Virus record (IMG/VR): IMGVR_UViG_3300025759_000076
Span: 1-64,000 of that record
From: a virus
Length of the DNA stretch: 64,000 bases
Strand: one strand, 5' to 3'
The position numbers were made by a program, and so were the translations under genes. The notes under the pieces were generated by a model that saw nothing but the letters and a program-made list of their open reading frames with translations, was not told the origin of the DNA and ran no database searches. Below are positions 26,215 through 36,337 of this stretch, piece by piece (the first letter of the stretch is position 1; each line of letters opens with the position of its first letter).

Positions 26215-27891
26215 TTAGATTACACCACCGGCTGGGTTTTTTGGAGCCGCTGGATCTTTGGGTACTTCTGGTGATTGAATTGCATCACCACCACCCATAT
26301 CAGGTGGAATTGCACCACCCATTCCTGGTGCACCACCCATTTCAGGATCCATTGCAATTGCATTAGGATCGGGAATGATACCATTCTCAATCTCTTTTTC
26401 AATCAACGTATCCTGCTCAATAATCTCATCATCAGTCTGACGGAAGATATTTCTTCTTACATACTCAGAAGAGTAATACTTACCAATATATGGTTCCATC
26501 AGTGTTGCCAGGTTGATTCTCTCTGTCATCAACTCTGCATTTTTAAGTTCTGCAAAGTGATTGTCATACAGGAAGTCATATTGAATATGGTCTGCCATGT
26601 ACTCCCAATCTTCAGGAGTCACAATGTTCTTCAATATAAGTTGAGTTCTCAACATGTCGTTAAACATATCAGAGAATCTCTTCCTCATTCTTCCAACAAA
26701 CTTGGAGAACTTAACTTCGTCCCTCAAGATTTCTGAAGAACGACCCAGTGACATACCAGAACCTTCACCTTCAATTCTGGTCTCAGGAACATTCAATGCT
26801 CTATAAAGCTTTCTCTGGAAGTAGTTGATGTCAGTAATTTCACCAAGGTTCTGACCACCAGGAAGTGTAGTAATTTCAGTACCACGACCACCTTCTCTAC
26901 GAGGCAGCCAGAAGTCTTCCATCATAGACATGAACTTCTTATCATCACGAAGTTCACCAGTGTTTGCATCATAGACTAACTTGTTTCTATAACGCATCAT
27001 GACATCACGCAGATACTGTTCTGCTTTCTGCTTGGGAAGATTGCCAACGTCAATGTAGAAGATTCTGCGTTCGGGTGCTCTTGATAGACGATAGATAACC
27101 AGTGAGTCCTCAATCATCATCAACTGATTGAGTGGTTTGATTGCCTTATGCATCCAGGACAATGTAAGTCCTTTGTTTCTATCTACCAGACCAGAGGTGC
27201 AATAGGTAACAGAATCACGAGTCATCTTGACTCCCTTCTGTGGATTACCACCGTACCCATTACCAGTACGAGCATCTGGAGTATAGATGAAGAACTCTTC
27301 TATCTCTGGAAAATCGTATGCAGTTTCGTTAGAATTTGTAAATGCGGTTTGTGCGGTCTGAACACTATCAGGACCTTTCTTCTTCAACTTACGAACATAA
27401 CGCATTTTGGCTGAGTCAATATACCTCAGTTCTTGAATACCCTCTTGTGGTTTCTTTTGGTCAATGACTTTATTGTAGTAAAGTCTTCCGTCAATATACC
27501 AATTCCTAAAGATTTCGTGTGCCTTCTTATCAAAGTCAAGAAGTTCGAGAATATATCTAAACTCTTCTCTTACCTTTTTCTTGATATTATCACTTGCACT
27601 TAGATTGGACAGTTCGATTGATACTGGAGTATCATTTGTATCTGAAACAATTGCTTCATTTACAATGTCTTCAATTGCACTATCACATTCTGGATAGAGT
27701 GCCATCTGACGATATCGTCTGATTAGATCAGTCTCATTTTTATATACCCCTTCAATATCTACGTAGCTACCAAAAAAACCACTACTGACATAGTTCTCCG
27801 ATCCATCCTGATTATTGGGTGGAATCGGAGATACTACGCCAGGCGGTGTTTTTTCGGTATCTTCAATTGAGTAACCAAATAGTCTCGCCAT
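26215..27891 (-). CDS. gp20: Portal vertex protein
   Basis: WYIDGRLYY, YRLSRAPERRIFYIDVGNLP, EDFWLPRREGGRGTEI. Confidence 0.98.
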   Translation of the reverse strand: MARLFGYSIEDTEKTPPGVVSPIPPNNQDGSENYVSSGFFGSYVDIEGVYKNETDLIRRYRQMALYPECDSAIEDIVNEAIVSDTNDTPVSIELSNLSASDNIKKKVREEFRYILELLDFDKKAHEIFRNWYIDGRLYYNKVIDQKKPQEGIQELRYIDSAKMRYVRKLKKKGPDSVQTAQTAFTNSNETAYDFPEIEEFFIYTPDARTGNGYGGNPQKGVKMTRDSVTYCTSGLVDRNKGLTLSWMHKAIKPLNQLMMIEDSLVIYRLSRAPERRIFYIDVGNLPKQKAEQYLRDVMMRYRNKLVYDANTGELRDDKKFMSMMEDFWLPRREGGRGTEITTLPGGQNLGEITDINYFQRKLYRALNVPETRIEGEGSGMSLGRSSEILRDEVKFSKFVGRMRKRFSDMFNDMLRTQLILKNIVTPEDWEYMADHIQYDFLYDNHFAELKNAELMTERINLATLMEPYIGKYYSSEYVRRNIFRQTDDEIIEQDTLIEKEIENGIIPDPNAIAMDPEMGGAPGMGGAIPPDMGGGDAIQSPEVPKDPAAPKNPAGGVI

Positions 27892-27930
27892 TGCAATATA
27901 TTTACTAGAAGTGTATCTCCTAGTTATTTA

Positions 27931-28563
27931 TCATTCAATCAAAACTTCACCAGCACCACTACCAGAAGACTCCAGTGAGTTACCGATTGTATAATATTGA
28001 ACATCGAATGATACCGTAAATTCTTCTAACTGATCCCCACTACCATATGCAAGGTCAATTTGACTGATATTCGTTGGGAAAATATCGAAGAACTTATACG
28101 TCCTCAGAACCGCGGACTGACCACCTTCATTGGTGGTTACAAATCTTTCAGCACCTCTACCGAGTTGTTGAACATATGCGTCGGTCATGTATGATGATGG
28201 GTTGGTAACACCAGTTGCATCATCAAGTTTACTGATAACGTTTGCCCATCTTTCGAACGCTGTTCTAAGTTGGAAATCCTCATCATTGATGATTGTAACT
28301 TCCCATGCATCGAACGTTCTGTCTCCAGCAACCTTCAATTGTCTACCTCTAAAAGGTACATTAAATGAAGGTGTATTTGAAGCAGGAAGGGCTGCAGCCT
28401 TACAAAGGAACTTAAATGTTCCATTCTCCGACTGGTCGCCACTACCCCATGCATCAGAAATTGCCGATGGGAATGATGGAATTGAAACTTCAAATAGATT
28501 GGGGCGGGCGCCACCGCCCGCTAATCTGGATTTGAATTGTGAAAGTGATTTGGTCTCTGCCAT
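27931..28563 (-). CDS. gp19: Tail tube protein
   Basis: GGARPNLFEV, VPFRGRQLKVAGDRTF..W.VTIIND. Confidence 0.96.
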   Translation of the reverse strand: MAETKSLSQFKSRLAGGGARPNLFEVSIPSFPSAISDAWGSGDQSENGTFKFLCKAAALPASNTPSFNVPFRGRQLKVAGDRTFDAWEVTIINDEDFQLRTAFERWANVISKLDDATGVTNPSSYMTDAYVQQLGRGAERFVTTNEGGQSAVLRTYKFFDIFPTNISQIDLAYGSGDQLEEFTVSFDVQYYTIGNSLESSGSGAGEVLIE

Positions 28564-28595
28564 TAGTTGATCCTCCTAGTAGTTATTTAATATAA

Positions 28596-31016
28596 TCAAA
28601 CAGTACCAATTACTTCTTCGAAGTCAACACCAGTTCTAGTAGCAACGAACGTCAAGGTGACGAAGTTGATAGACTTGGTTGGCTTCAGGAAGATATCAGC
28701 TCTAAACTCATTGTTGTCAATGACATCTGGAGTGTTATTGGATTCGTCACAAATAACTCTGAAATCGTAAACACCTCTCTTAGCTTGAACATCTCTCAAA
28801 TAGGGTTCGACAATGTTAACAAAGTTTGCTCTAGTGTTAGAGTCATTGAGTTCGAACAACTGGTCATTCGCAGCTCCCTCAAGAGCTTGTTCTACAGTCA
28901 AGAACAATCTTCTTACATTAATTCTATCGAAGGCCGAAGAATAAGCAAGAGCAGTCTTGTCACCGTAAAGTGCAATACCAGAACCTCTTTGGTTAATGAT
29001 TGAGTTAACTCTAGCACCATAGAGTTCGTCTCTTTGATTCTTGGATGGGTTGTATGCCATCTTAACTGCATTGTTCAGAACACCTCTCTGGAGACCAGCA
29101 GGTGAGAACCAAGGATACGCATTAAGTGCAGTTCTTACCATCAAACCAGCAATATCACCATTAGTTGGGATATAACGGAATGCGTTATTGAATCTATCGT
29201 AAGTGTACTTATAACCTGTATCAAACACCGCATAAGACGATGATTGAAGAGGTGAATAGAAACCTAATACGTTTGCTGTTTGTGTAGTAGAATTGGTTAC
29301 ATTTACAACGTTAGCTCTATGTGGAGAGATAGTCGCAATACAATCCTTTCTCTGTTCTGCAATAGAAATCAGAAGATTTGCTTTTGCTTGCGATTCATTT
29401 TCTACCGCAAGTCCAGGACCCATGATTAGATAATCAACAGCAATCTCATCTTTGTTAGCAAATAGATTGTAACCTTGTAACAGACCAGCAAGGTCAGCAG
29501 TCATACCCTTATTGGCACTATAGTCAACACCACCAGTCAGTGTATAACTTACATTTCCCAGTGAGGAGAAACTAATACCTTGTGCTTCTTGACCCCAAAG
29601 GCCTTCGGCATTTGTATAAGGTGTGAAGGAAGTCGAGAAACCAGATGCTGTTGGAATCGTATTCCAATAAGTATCTTGTGCATTCGATGGGTTAAACCCA
29701 GCAAAAGCAAACTTCGAATTGTTTGCAATGAAGTCCTTGTAGTAAGTCCTAGTAGGATTGTCTCCATCAGCAGTAGCATCAGAAGCCTTAGACAACGATA
29801 CAAACCTTTCAACAATATTACCCTGAACTCCGGTAACATCTCCACTGTCGTCTACAACCACTACGTGAATTGCATCGTTTGCACCAGATCTTTCAGTTGC
29901 AAATCTGTTGGATACTGGTCTTGGTGCTACATTTCTCCAGTAAACTATAGAATTTGTAAGACCAAGAGTTTGTTGATCGTACCAGTCAGATACTGTAGAA
30001 GTACTAGAAGTGGTTGGGGTTCCACCAGTTCCTGGAGTGATAGTGAGTATATCACCATCAGAGAATGAATTTGCTGGATTATAATTCTGATAAGTAATCG
30101 GAGTTTCAGTTCCTGCAATCGATGTCAGTGTTTGATAGGTAACAGCTGTACCAACCAATGCAGATTGAGCAATACCTACGGACAATGTGACTGTAGAAGA
30201 ACCAAAACTTACAACATCAATACCACTATTATTCTGTGTAACACAAATCGTTCCTGTAGTAATACCAGATGTACTATCGACAGAAAGTATTGTTGTACCT
30301 GCTGTTCCAATACTACTTATTGTAGTAAAACCAATGTTTGTGGTAGATTCTGTAGTCGGGTTAACCCTTGCAAGTACCTTAACTTCAATCGAACTATTTC
30401 CGTTTACTGCATCCGTGGTAACTCCAGTGATAATACCCTTCAGGTTGCCATTGAACTGAATTAGTGAACCATTACCTGGGATAGTAGTTCCAACCTTTGG
30501 TGTAGAAACACCATAACCAACAACAAATCCTGATGCACCTGGATTAGTAGTAGCGACACTAATAATCTGATCTGATAGATTGTCAATCACACAAACTTTC
30601 AGACTGTTCGACCATGTACCGGGATTTCTTGCTGCCCAGTAGAAACTGGAGTCTGTCTGATGATTCTGTTCGTAATCATCTAGATTATCAATTCTAACAG
30701 CTTCCGAAGCTTGTTGAGTTCCGGCATTACCATTATTAAGGGTGTCTCCACCGACTCTAACAACTTTTAAAATACCACCGTAGGAGAGGAATGAATTTCC
30801 AGACATCCAGTACTCGTACTGTCTATCAGTTCCAATTGGCTTACCAAAAGTATCAAGGAATTGTTGCTGTGTCTCAATCGTAATTGGTTCATTTACTGGT
30901 CCCAATGAAAAGGGTCCTGCAATTGCACCAATGTTGTCAAGAACGTTCTCAGCTCTTCCAACAGTTAAGTCAACTTCCCTGACTAAAACTCCTGGAGATA
31001 GTTGAGGAGTAGCCAT
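28596..31016 (-). CDS. gp18: Contractile tail sheath protein
   Basis: SPGVLVREVD, PWFSPAG, FDRINVRRLF, SINFVTLTFVA. Confidence 0.97.
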   Translation of the reverse strand: MATPQLSPGVLVREVDLTVGRAENVLDNIGAIAGPFSLGPVNEPITIETQQQFLDTFGKPIGTDRQYEYWMSGNSFLSYGGILKVVRVGGDTLNNGNAGTQQASEAVRIDNLDDYEQNHQTDSSFYWAARNPGTWSNSLKVCVIDNLSDQIISVATTNPGASGFVVGYGVSTPKVGTTIPGNGSLIQFNGNLKGIITGVTTDAVNGNSSIEVKVLARVNPTTESTTNIGFTTISSIGTAGTTILSVDSTSGITTGTICVTQNNSGIDVVSFGSSTVTLSVGIAQSALVGTAVTYQTLTSIAGTETPITYQNYNPANSFSDGDILTITPGTGGTPTTSSTSTVSDWYDQQTLGLTNSIVYWRNVAPRPVSNRFATERSGANDAIHVVVVDDSGDVTGVQGNIVERFVSLSKASDATADGDNPTRTYYKDFIANNSKFAFAGFNPSNAQDTYWNTIPTASGFSTSFTPYTNAEGLWGQEAQGISFSSLGNVSYTLTGGVDYSANKGMTADLAGLLQGYNLFANKDEIAVDYLIMGPGLAVENESQAKANLLISIAEQRKDCIATISPHRANVVNVTNSTTQTANVLGFYSPLQSSSYAVFDTGYKYTYDRFNNAFRYIPTNGDIAGLMVRTALNAYPWFSPAGLQRGVLNNAVKMAYNPSKNQRDELYGARVNSIINQRGSGIALYGDKTALAYSSAFDRINVRRLFLTVEQALEGAANDQLFELNDSNTRANFVNIVEPYLRDVQAKRGVYDFRVICDESNNTPDVIDNNEFRADIFLKPTKSINFVTLTFVATRTGVDFEEVIGTV

Positions 31017-31098
31017 GTTTTCTCTCTCCTTTTTTACTCATTTAACTAAAAATATTTATGAATATCCCGGTTTTGATAGGGTAAACAGGAAGTAAACC

Positions 31099-31329
31099 CT
31101 ACCAATCAGGGTATTCCCACCTTGATTTCGGAGTTCTATCTTTCTTCTTCTCCTTTACATACTCAATAAAACACTCTTTACAGACATATGAATAGGAAGA
31201 AGGAACTGCTCCTCTATCCTTTCTTGTCCTATAAAAATCGTCTACAAGATTTTTGAACTCACCACAACTTTTACATCTCCTGTCATTTAAAAGTAAATGA
31301 CCCAGTTCTAGTTGCTCATCAAAGTCCAT
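31099..31329 (-). CDS. Small Zn-finger protein (start probably 31329)
   Basis: CKSC...FY...CKEC; TAATG coupling to the gp17 stop. Confidence 0.7.
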   Translation of the reverse strand: MDFDEQLELGHLLLNDRRCKSCGEFKNLVDDFYRTRKDRGAVPSSYSYVCKECFIEYVKEKKKDRTPKSRWEYPDW

Positions 31330-32513
31330 TAGTAGTTCCAGAGTTCCCAACCACCTGCAGCAGTTCCATACTCATCATACTCATTACTCTTGGTATACCA
31401 CCTATCTCCTTCATTATCTACAAAGGTTCCTTCATCTAAACCATCATTCATAAAACCAAACGGTGCCATGTCTTGTTCGATTTGGTTCTTCTGTTCTTCA
31501 TACAGTCTCTTACGAACATCTTGGTCAGTTAGTTCTTTAAAGTAATCCTGTGCAACTAACCATGCATAAATGACTAGACACATTGCAAGGTCATCATTAC
31601 AACCTTCTTCTGCCTCAAATGAATTACTCTTTGAGATAAATGTAGTCAGTTCTGAAATAATCTCATAGTCATTGAAGATAAGTTTATCTTCTTCAATCAT
31701 TGTCTTAAGATTAAGTGACCCAATCTTTTTGACAGTCTTGGACATCTTGACACCAAGTTGGGTTTTAGTTCCAGAGAAACCCTGTCCTACAACTTGTCCT
31801 GCCCTACCCCTCATTGCACACATCAGAACATTCTGATATTCCAAGTCATATTGAAGAATACTTGCAACCTGGTCTCCAATATCATTGACCTCACAAAGAA
31901 CAAATGCATTGTTATATTTCTTTGCTAACTGAAAAATGATGTTAGGGAACAACATCGGTTTGATTTCATTGTTCCTATACTTCGCCACAACTCTATGTGG
32001 GAATGTAGTAATATCAGTAATAATAAATGCAGAGTAGTCATTACCTACTCCTCTTGCAACGTCAACAGTTACAATATAATCGTGGTCAGGAATTGGTGCA
32101 ACATGAACATCTAGTCCTGCACTTGTTTGAATTGGATTATCATACACCAGAGTTTTGAGTTTACTTGGTGCAATCAATGTATCAACAGACCCAAGGAATT
32201 CACAATTATGTGAAACTATTTTATTGGTAATGTATAGGTTTTCTTCCCCTACGTCCAATAAATCATATAAGTATATTCCTTCCTCAACTATTTCATTATA
32301 TACAACTTTTTTTCCTTGAATAATATCATCAAGTTTTAGAGAAGATGCCTTTATCTTTTCACTCCCAAATGAATGATTATCAGAACATTTTATCTCACTT
32401 CCATCATCAAAAATAATCCAATGATAAAATGGTTTGAAAACTTTCTGTATTCCACTAAATGATTGAAATCCAGTTGGTGTCTTTACTTTTATATTGTTGT
32501 TTATTTTATACAT
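31329..32513 (-). CDS. gp17: Large terminase C-terminal part, preceded by 103-aa split-intein IntC
   Basis: IntC ends LYITNKIVSHN|C; extein CEFLGSVDTLI, VDVARG..DYSAF, DDLAM nuclease motifs. Confidence 0.95.
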   Translation of the reverse strand: MYKINNNIKVKTPTGFQSFSGIQKVFKPFYHWIIFDDGSEIKCSDNHSFGSEKIKASSLKLDDIIQGKKVVYNEIVEEGIYLYDLLDVGEENLYITNKIVSHNCEFLGSVDTLIAPSKLKTLVYDNPIQTSAGLDVHVAPIPDHDYIVTVDVARGVGNDYSAFIITDITTFPHRVVAKYRNNEIKPMLFPNIIFQLAKKYNNAFVLCEVNDIGDQVASILQYDLEYQNVLMCAMRGRAGQVVGQGFSGTKTQLGVKMSKTVKKIGSLNLKTMIEEDKLIFNDYEIISELTTFISKSNSFEAEEGCNDDLAMCLVIYAWLVAQDYFKELTDQDVRKRLYEEQKNQIEQDMAPFGFMNDGLDEGTFVDNEGDRWYTKSNEYDEYGTAAGGWELWNY

Positions 32514-32606
32514 TTGCCCTCACATTGTATTGTATAAATCCTCTATCCTCATCTTACTGATAACATCATCTTTCTCAACTTCTACCAATGTATCACCTCC
32601 AACGCA
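32205..32606 (-). mobile_element. Atypically split mini-intein in TerL (IntN 32606-32523, IntC 32513-32205)
   Basis: Block A Cys1, block B CSDNH, block F YLYD, block G SHN followed by Cys+1; no endonuclease domain. Confidence 0.93.
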
Positions 32607-33398
32607 CTCAAACTCAATCTTGAACTGTTGTTCAGAAGTGTTCTTGATTGTCTGTTCTTTCCAGACTTCATCCCTACCAGGAACTTCTGACCAGTGAACA
32701 TCAGTTGGAATATATTCGTTCTTTGCCCTCTCTGCATCATGCCACATTCGATAGAAGTGGTTCATCCCGTGAGGGGTAGAAACAATAATTACCTTCGTTG
32801 ATTTACCAGAAGTAATCGTAGGATAAACAGATGCAAAGAATGCATCAGCAACATGATTTGGGACGAATGCAAATTCGTCCAAGAAGAGGATGTTAAAAGA
32901 CATACCTCGAACAGCTGATGCTGAGGTAGAAGCTGCAAGTATCTTACTACCGTTCTCTAATTCAATATTACCTTTGTTCCATACAAGAATACCCTGTTGC
33001 ATCCACTTGGGTAAGTTCTCATATGCAGTAGCCAGTCTTGCTAATAGTTCTCTTGCCGTTGTGGCTTTGTTTGCCAGGATACCAATGTTGACACTATCAT
33101 TAAAGATAGCATAATGAAGTAGATACGACACACAGGTGGTTGACTTACCAGTCTGTCTAGGCATCTTACAGATATTAAATCTGTTCTCGTGGAAATTATT
33201 GATTAACTTTTCTTGGAAATCATAAGTCTTGAATGGCTGAAGACCATGGTCCAAGGTCACAATCTTTACATAATTATTTGCAAAGTATACCGGATCCTGT
33301 TTACATTTGATATACTCTTCAATATTCTCTTGTGTAAACTCAATCGCGGTATTCGCCTTTTTCAGCAGCGGATTTCCTAAATAAACATCATTACTCAT
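32520..33398 (-). CDS. gp17: Large terminase N-terminal ATPase part, followed by 28-aa split-intein IntN
   Basis: PRQTGKST, ILFLDEFAF, STPHG; ends EFE|CVGGDTLVEVEKDDVISKMRIEDLYNTM. Confidence 0.95.
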   Translation of the reverse strand: MSNDVYLGNPLLKKANTAIEFTQENIEEYIKCKQDPVYFANNYVKIVTLDHGLQPFKTYDFQEKLINNFHENRFNICKMPRQTGKSTTCVSYLLHYAIFNDSVNIGILANKATTARELLARLATAYENLPKWMQQGILVWNKGNIELENGSKILAASTSASAVRGMSFNILFLDEFAFVPNHVADAFFASVYPTITSGKSTKVIIVSTPHGMNHFYRMWHDAERAKNEYIPTDVHWSEVPGRDEVWKEQTIKNTSEQQFKIEFECVGGDTLVEVEKDDVISKMRIEDLYNTM

Positions 33399-33403
33399 AA
33401 AAA

Positions 33404-34759
33404 TTACCTAGTTTCTCTCCACTGAAATGCATTGTAAATATCTGTATCAGTATTATCAGACAAATTTGTTACAATAATAGCAAAGATGTTACTATCATCG
33501 GCATCAATGTTTTGTGCAATATAAGATCTTTTAGCCGAGGTTGGATCAAACGCAACTGTGGATGATGCTTGTTTTCCTGATGGATTATTTGCAGCAAGTA
33601 ATGATGCGTTTTTCAAGTCTCCACCAGTTGTTGTAAAATTAGTTCCTGCTGTAACATTATATTCAACTGCAGAATCATCGTTAGTACTTTCCCAAGTTCC
33701 ACCTGTAATATTATCGTTACTTGGTAATCTCCAAATCTCAAGTCTACAACTTGTGGAAGCACTCAATACTTCAATATCAGTCAATCTAACTGTTGTTCTA
33801 TTTGGAATTCCTTTGAATGTATTAGATAGTCTAATAGCACCTACACATTGTCTAAATGTGCTTTGTGTATTTCTTGATAAGGTAATTGGTCCATTAAACG
33901 CTGCAAATTCAACACCTGTTTCTTTATATCCACCTTCACTCAATACAGTGGAACAGATTTGTTCCATTGATGTAATACCAACAGCAGCTCCTGTATTAGC
34001 AATCTCACATCTAATTGGAAGTGATGGAAGTGACCAATATGCATGTTCTTCAATATTTGAATGATTGAATTCGTGGAAGTATATAGTTCTCCCACCCAGA
34101 ACAAATCCACATCTTATCCTACCCACACCCAACCACTGAAAGTCTGTTGCAAACAACTGTGTTTTAGTGAAGTCCAAAGATATACTGGTAATACCAGTAC
34201 CATCCATAGGATCTAAATTCCAATTAACCTGATTAACAACTGTATCACTGGCAATTCCAGTATTAAAAGATCTTTTTACAACAGAAACAGTTCCGTCTCC
34301 TTCTTGTTGAACAAATATACCATTTCTATCATCATAATATCCCACTTTCTTTGTTGTATTTTCTCTTACATCAAGAAAATTAAAACTTGTCATTATAGAT
34401 TGAGACTTACCTGGCATGTAATGGTGATACATTCTAGATTGGTGAATAACCTGATCCGTTGCACCAGTTCCAACAATTAATGCAATAGATGCTGTATTTG
34501 GATTTACTTCGGTTGTAGCACCAGCACCAACAGTTTTCGTAAGAAGTTCTACTTCTTCACCATAAATGTGTGTATAGTCGGCAAGAGTATATGGCATCGA
34601 TACTCTTGATCTTCCAAAAGCATCAACTGATCCACCACTTGTGCCAGTAGTTACTCCACAATCACCAATGTTGCCGTATCTGTCGGCACACATGTAAACT
34701 TCGTGAAGTGTTCTCTCCTGGTTTAGATAATCTTGTGTATTCTTATTCCACTGTGCCAT
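33404..34759 (-). CDS. Hypothetical beta-rich, probably virion-associated protein
   Basis: DAFGRSRVS, YMPGKSQ, DFQWLGVGRIRCGF motifs; 451 aa. Confidence 0.7.
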   Translation of the reverse strand: MAQWNKNTQDYLNQERTLHEVYMCADRYGNIGDCGVTTGTSGGSVDAFGRSRVSMPYTLADYTHIYGEEVELLTKTVGAGATTEVNPNTASIALIVGTGATDQVIHQSRMYHHYMPGKSQSIMTSFNFLDVRENTTKKVGYYDDRNGIFVQQEGDGTVSVVKRSFNTGIASDTVVNQVNWNLDPMDGTGITSISLDFTKTQLFATDFQWLGVGRIRCGFVLGGRTIYFHEFNHSNIEEHAYWSLPSLPIRCEIANTGAAVGITSMEQICSTVLSEGGYKETGVEFAAFNGPITLSRNTQSTFRQCVGAIRLSNTFKGIPNRTTVRLTDIEVLSASTSCRLEIWRLPSNDNITGGTWESTNDDSAVEYNVTAGTNFTTTGGDLKNASLLAANNPSGKQASSTVAFDPTSAKRSYIAQNIDADDSNIFAIIVTNLSDNTDTDIYNAFQWRETR

Positions 34760-35099
34760 AATTTTCCCACTGTAATTTGCCAGGGTGATATCTTCTTACA
34801 TCACCAAATTTCACTGTTGGTTTTTGTTCTACTGGATATACTCTTTGAACAATTGCTCCAGGATATTCACCTTGAAGTTGTTCTGCTAATTCCTGATTAG
34901 TTGGTAGTCTTACTGAGTCAGCCTGTTCTAACTGTACTCTGTAAATACTACCCATCCAAACAAAGTCTGCAAGATACTTATAGTTCTCTTCCACCTGCTG
35001 TTCTGGAGAGACAGAATTATCACCACCTACATTGAGTGTTCCATTAAAGTCACCATGAATAGTGACTGATTCCTGTATAAAATCTTTAAAGTCTTTCAT
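34743..35099 (-). CDS. Probable internal head protein with T4-like capsid targeting sequence (start revised to 35099)
   Basis: N-terminus MKDFKDFIQE resembles T4 IPIII CTS MKTYQEFIAE; TGATG coupling. Confidence 0.65.
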   Translation of the reverse strand: MKDFKDFIQESVTIHGDFNGTLNVGGDNSVSPEQQVEENYKYLADFVWMGSIYRVQLEQADSVRLPTNQELAEQLQGEYPGAIVQRVYPVEQKPTVKFGDVRRYHPGKLQWENYGTVE

Positions 35100-36337
35100 C
35101 AGCACTTCCACTTTCTAAGAGCAAGAGCCTTACGAGTGGGTTCGCCATTAGGTTTCTTCATTGGTCCCTTGACTCCACCCATTCTTGCACAGAAGGATCT
35201 TTTTCTAGGACCCCCTTCAGGTTGAGGAGCCTTGAGATCAGAACCAGGATTTTCACGTTCGTAAGACTTACGTCCTTTCTCGTTCAATCCACCTTCTTTG
35301 TTCTTACCTTCCTTTCTCTGCCATGCAGCAGACTTCTCTTCGAGTTCTTCTACTTCTTCACGGACACCTACATTAATCATAGGCTCACTTGGGTTGTATG
35401 GTGCAAGGTCAAATCTTTGAAGATAACAACCAGGATAAATCTTCTCAAGAGCACTAGTAACTTCTTTTCTAGATGGTCTCTTAACTTCAGGGAAGAAGAG
35501 TTTCATCATCATATACTTACCTCTCCAGGTAAAACCTACCAAGTAAACATTACCATTCTGTGCAGGAACTCTGGTTGCTTCTTCAATCTCAACTTCTTCC
35601 TTCTTCATTTTTGCCTTTGTCTTGGCAAGTAATCTTGCTCTGGCAGCATCTTGTTCGCTCTTAGGAATAGCAGTGACAGCACCGACTTTCTGATCTACAT
35701 CACCAGGTGCATATCCTTCACCAACAGGAACACAATTAGGGACTACTTTTTTACCCTTCTTCTTCATACCCTTCTGGGTATACCCAACCCAACACTTCTC
35801 ATCAAGAACTTCTACTTCAACACCTGCGGCTTTCATACATCTGATTTGAAGGTCAGTGAATTCTGGAAGAGCCATGAATTCTTCGTTCTTCTTTGACTTA
35901 CCATAGTTGGCAGCACCTTTCTTACGACACTGAACCAAACGACCAGAAGCATAAGCAGAAGGCCATACAGAAGCAGATGCCTTTACCTTGTGGTAACATG
36001 CATCCTTCTTACCACTACTTTTACCCTTTTTGTCCGCTTCGTTGATTTCCATTTCTTCCTTCATTTTCTTCTTTGGTTTGTCAGTTGAAACGTAAGTTGG
36101 TTTTGCAGCACCAGACTTTGATTGTTGGTTTGGGTCTGCAGCTTTCTTTCTTCTTTGTGCAGACTTCCTTTCGGCAGGAGTCATACTGGCCCTCTTTGAA
36201 GAAGATACACATTTAGGTGTTCCTTCACCTGGTTTATCACTAGCACAAGTACCACCAGTGACTACATTGACCCAACCAGACTTACCGTCTTTAGACTTGG
36301 ATCCCTTAAACCACTTATGTAGATTACCTTCCTGCAT
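35099..36337 (-). CDS. Lys-rich modular protein, probable head-internal polyprotein (C-terminal DUF6321-like module)
   Basis: Basic modules separated by INE/LDE/VGE/IEE/LEE linkers; C-terminal GGLNEKGR..Y...NPGSDLKAP...R.SFCARM...W.C; TATAAATA at 36369-36362. Confidence 0.75.
   Translation of the reverse strand: MQEGNLHKWFKGSKSKDGKSGWVNVVTGGTCASDKPGEGTPKCVSSSKRASMTPAERKSAQRRKKAADPNQQSKSGAAKPTYVSTDKPKKKMKEEMEINEADKKGKSSGKKDACYHKVKASASVWPSAYASGRLVQCRKKGAANYGKSKKNEEFMALPEFTDLQIRCMKAAGVEVEVLDEKCWVGYTQKGMKKKGKKVVPNCVPVGEGYAPGDVDQKVGAVTAIPKSEQDAARARLLAKTKAKMKKEEVEIEEATRVPAQNGNVYLVGFTWRGKYMMMKLFFPEVKRPSRKEVTSALEKIYPGCYLQRFDLAPYNPSEPMINVGVREEVEELEEKSAAWQRKEGKNKEGGLNEKGRKSYERENPGSDLKAPQPEGGPRKRSFCARMGGVKGPMKKPNGEPTRKALALRKWKC

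Noticed and set aside
32514-32522. gp17 as a pseudogene with a premature stop
   Set aside because: The break falls inside an intein at the atypical split position and has an RBS and ATG; both exteins are intact
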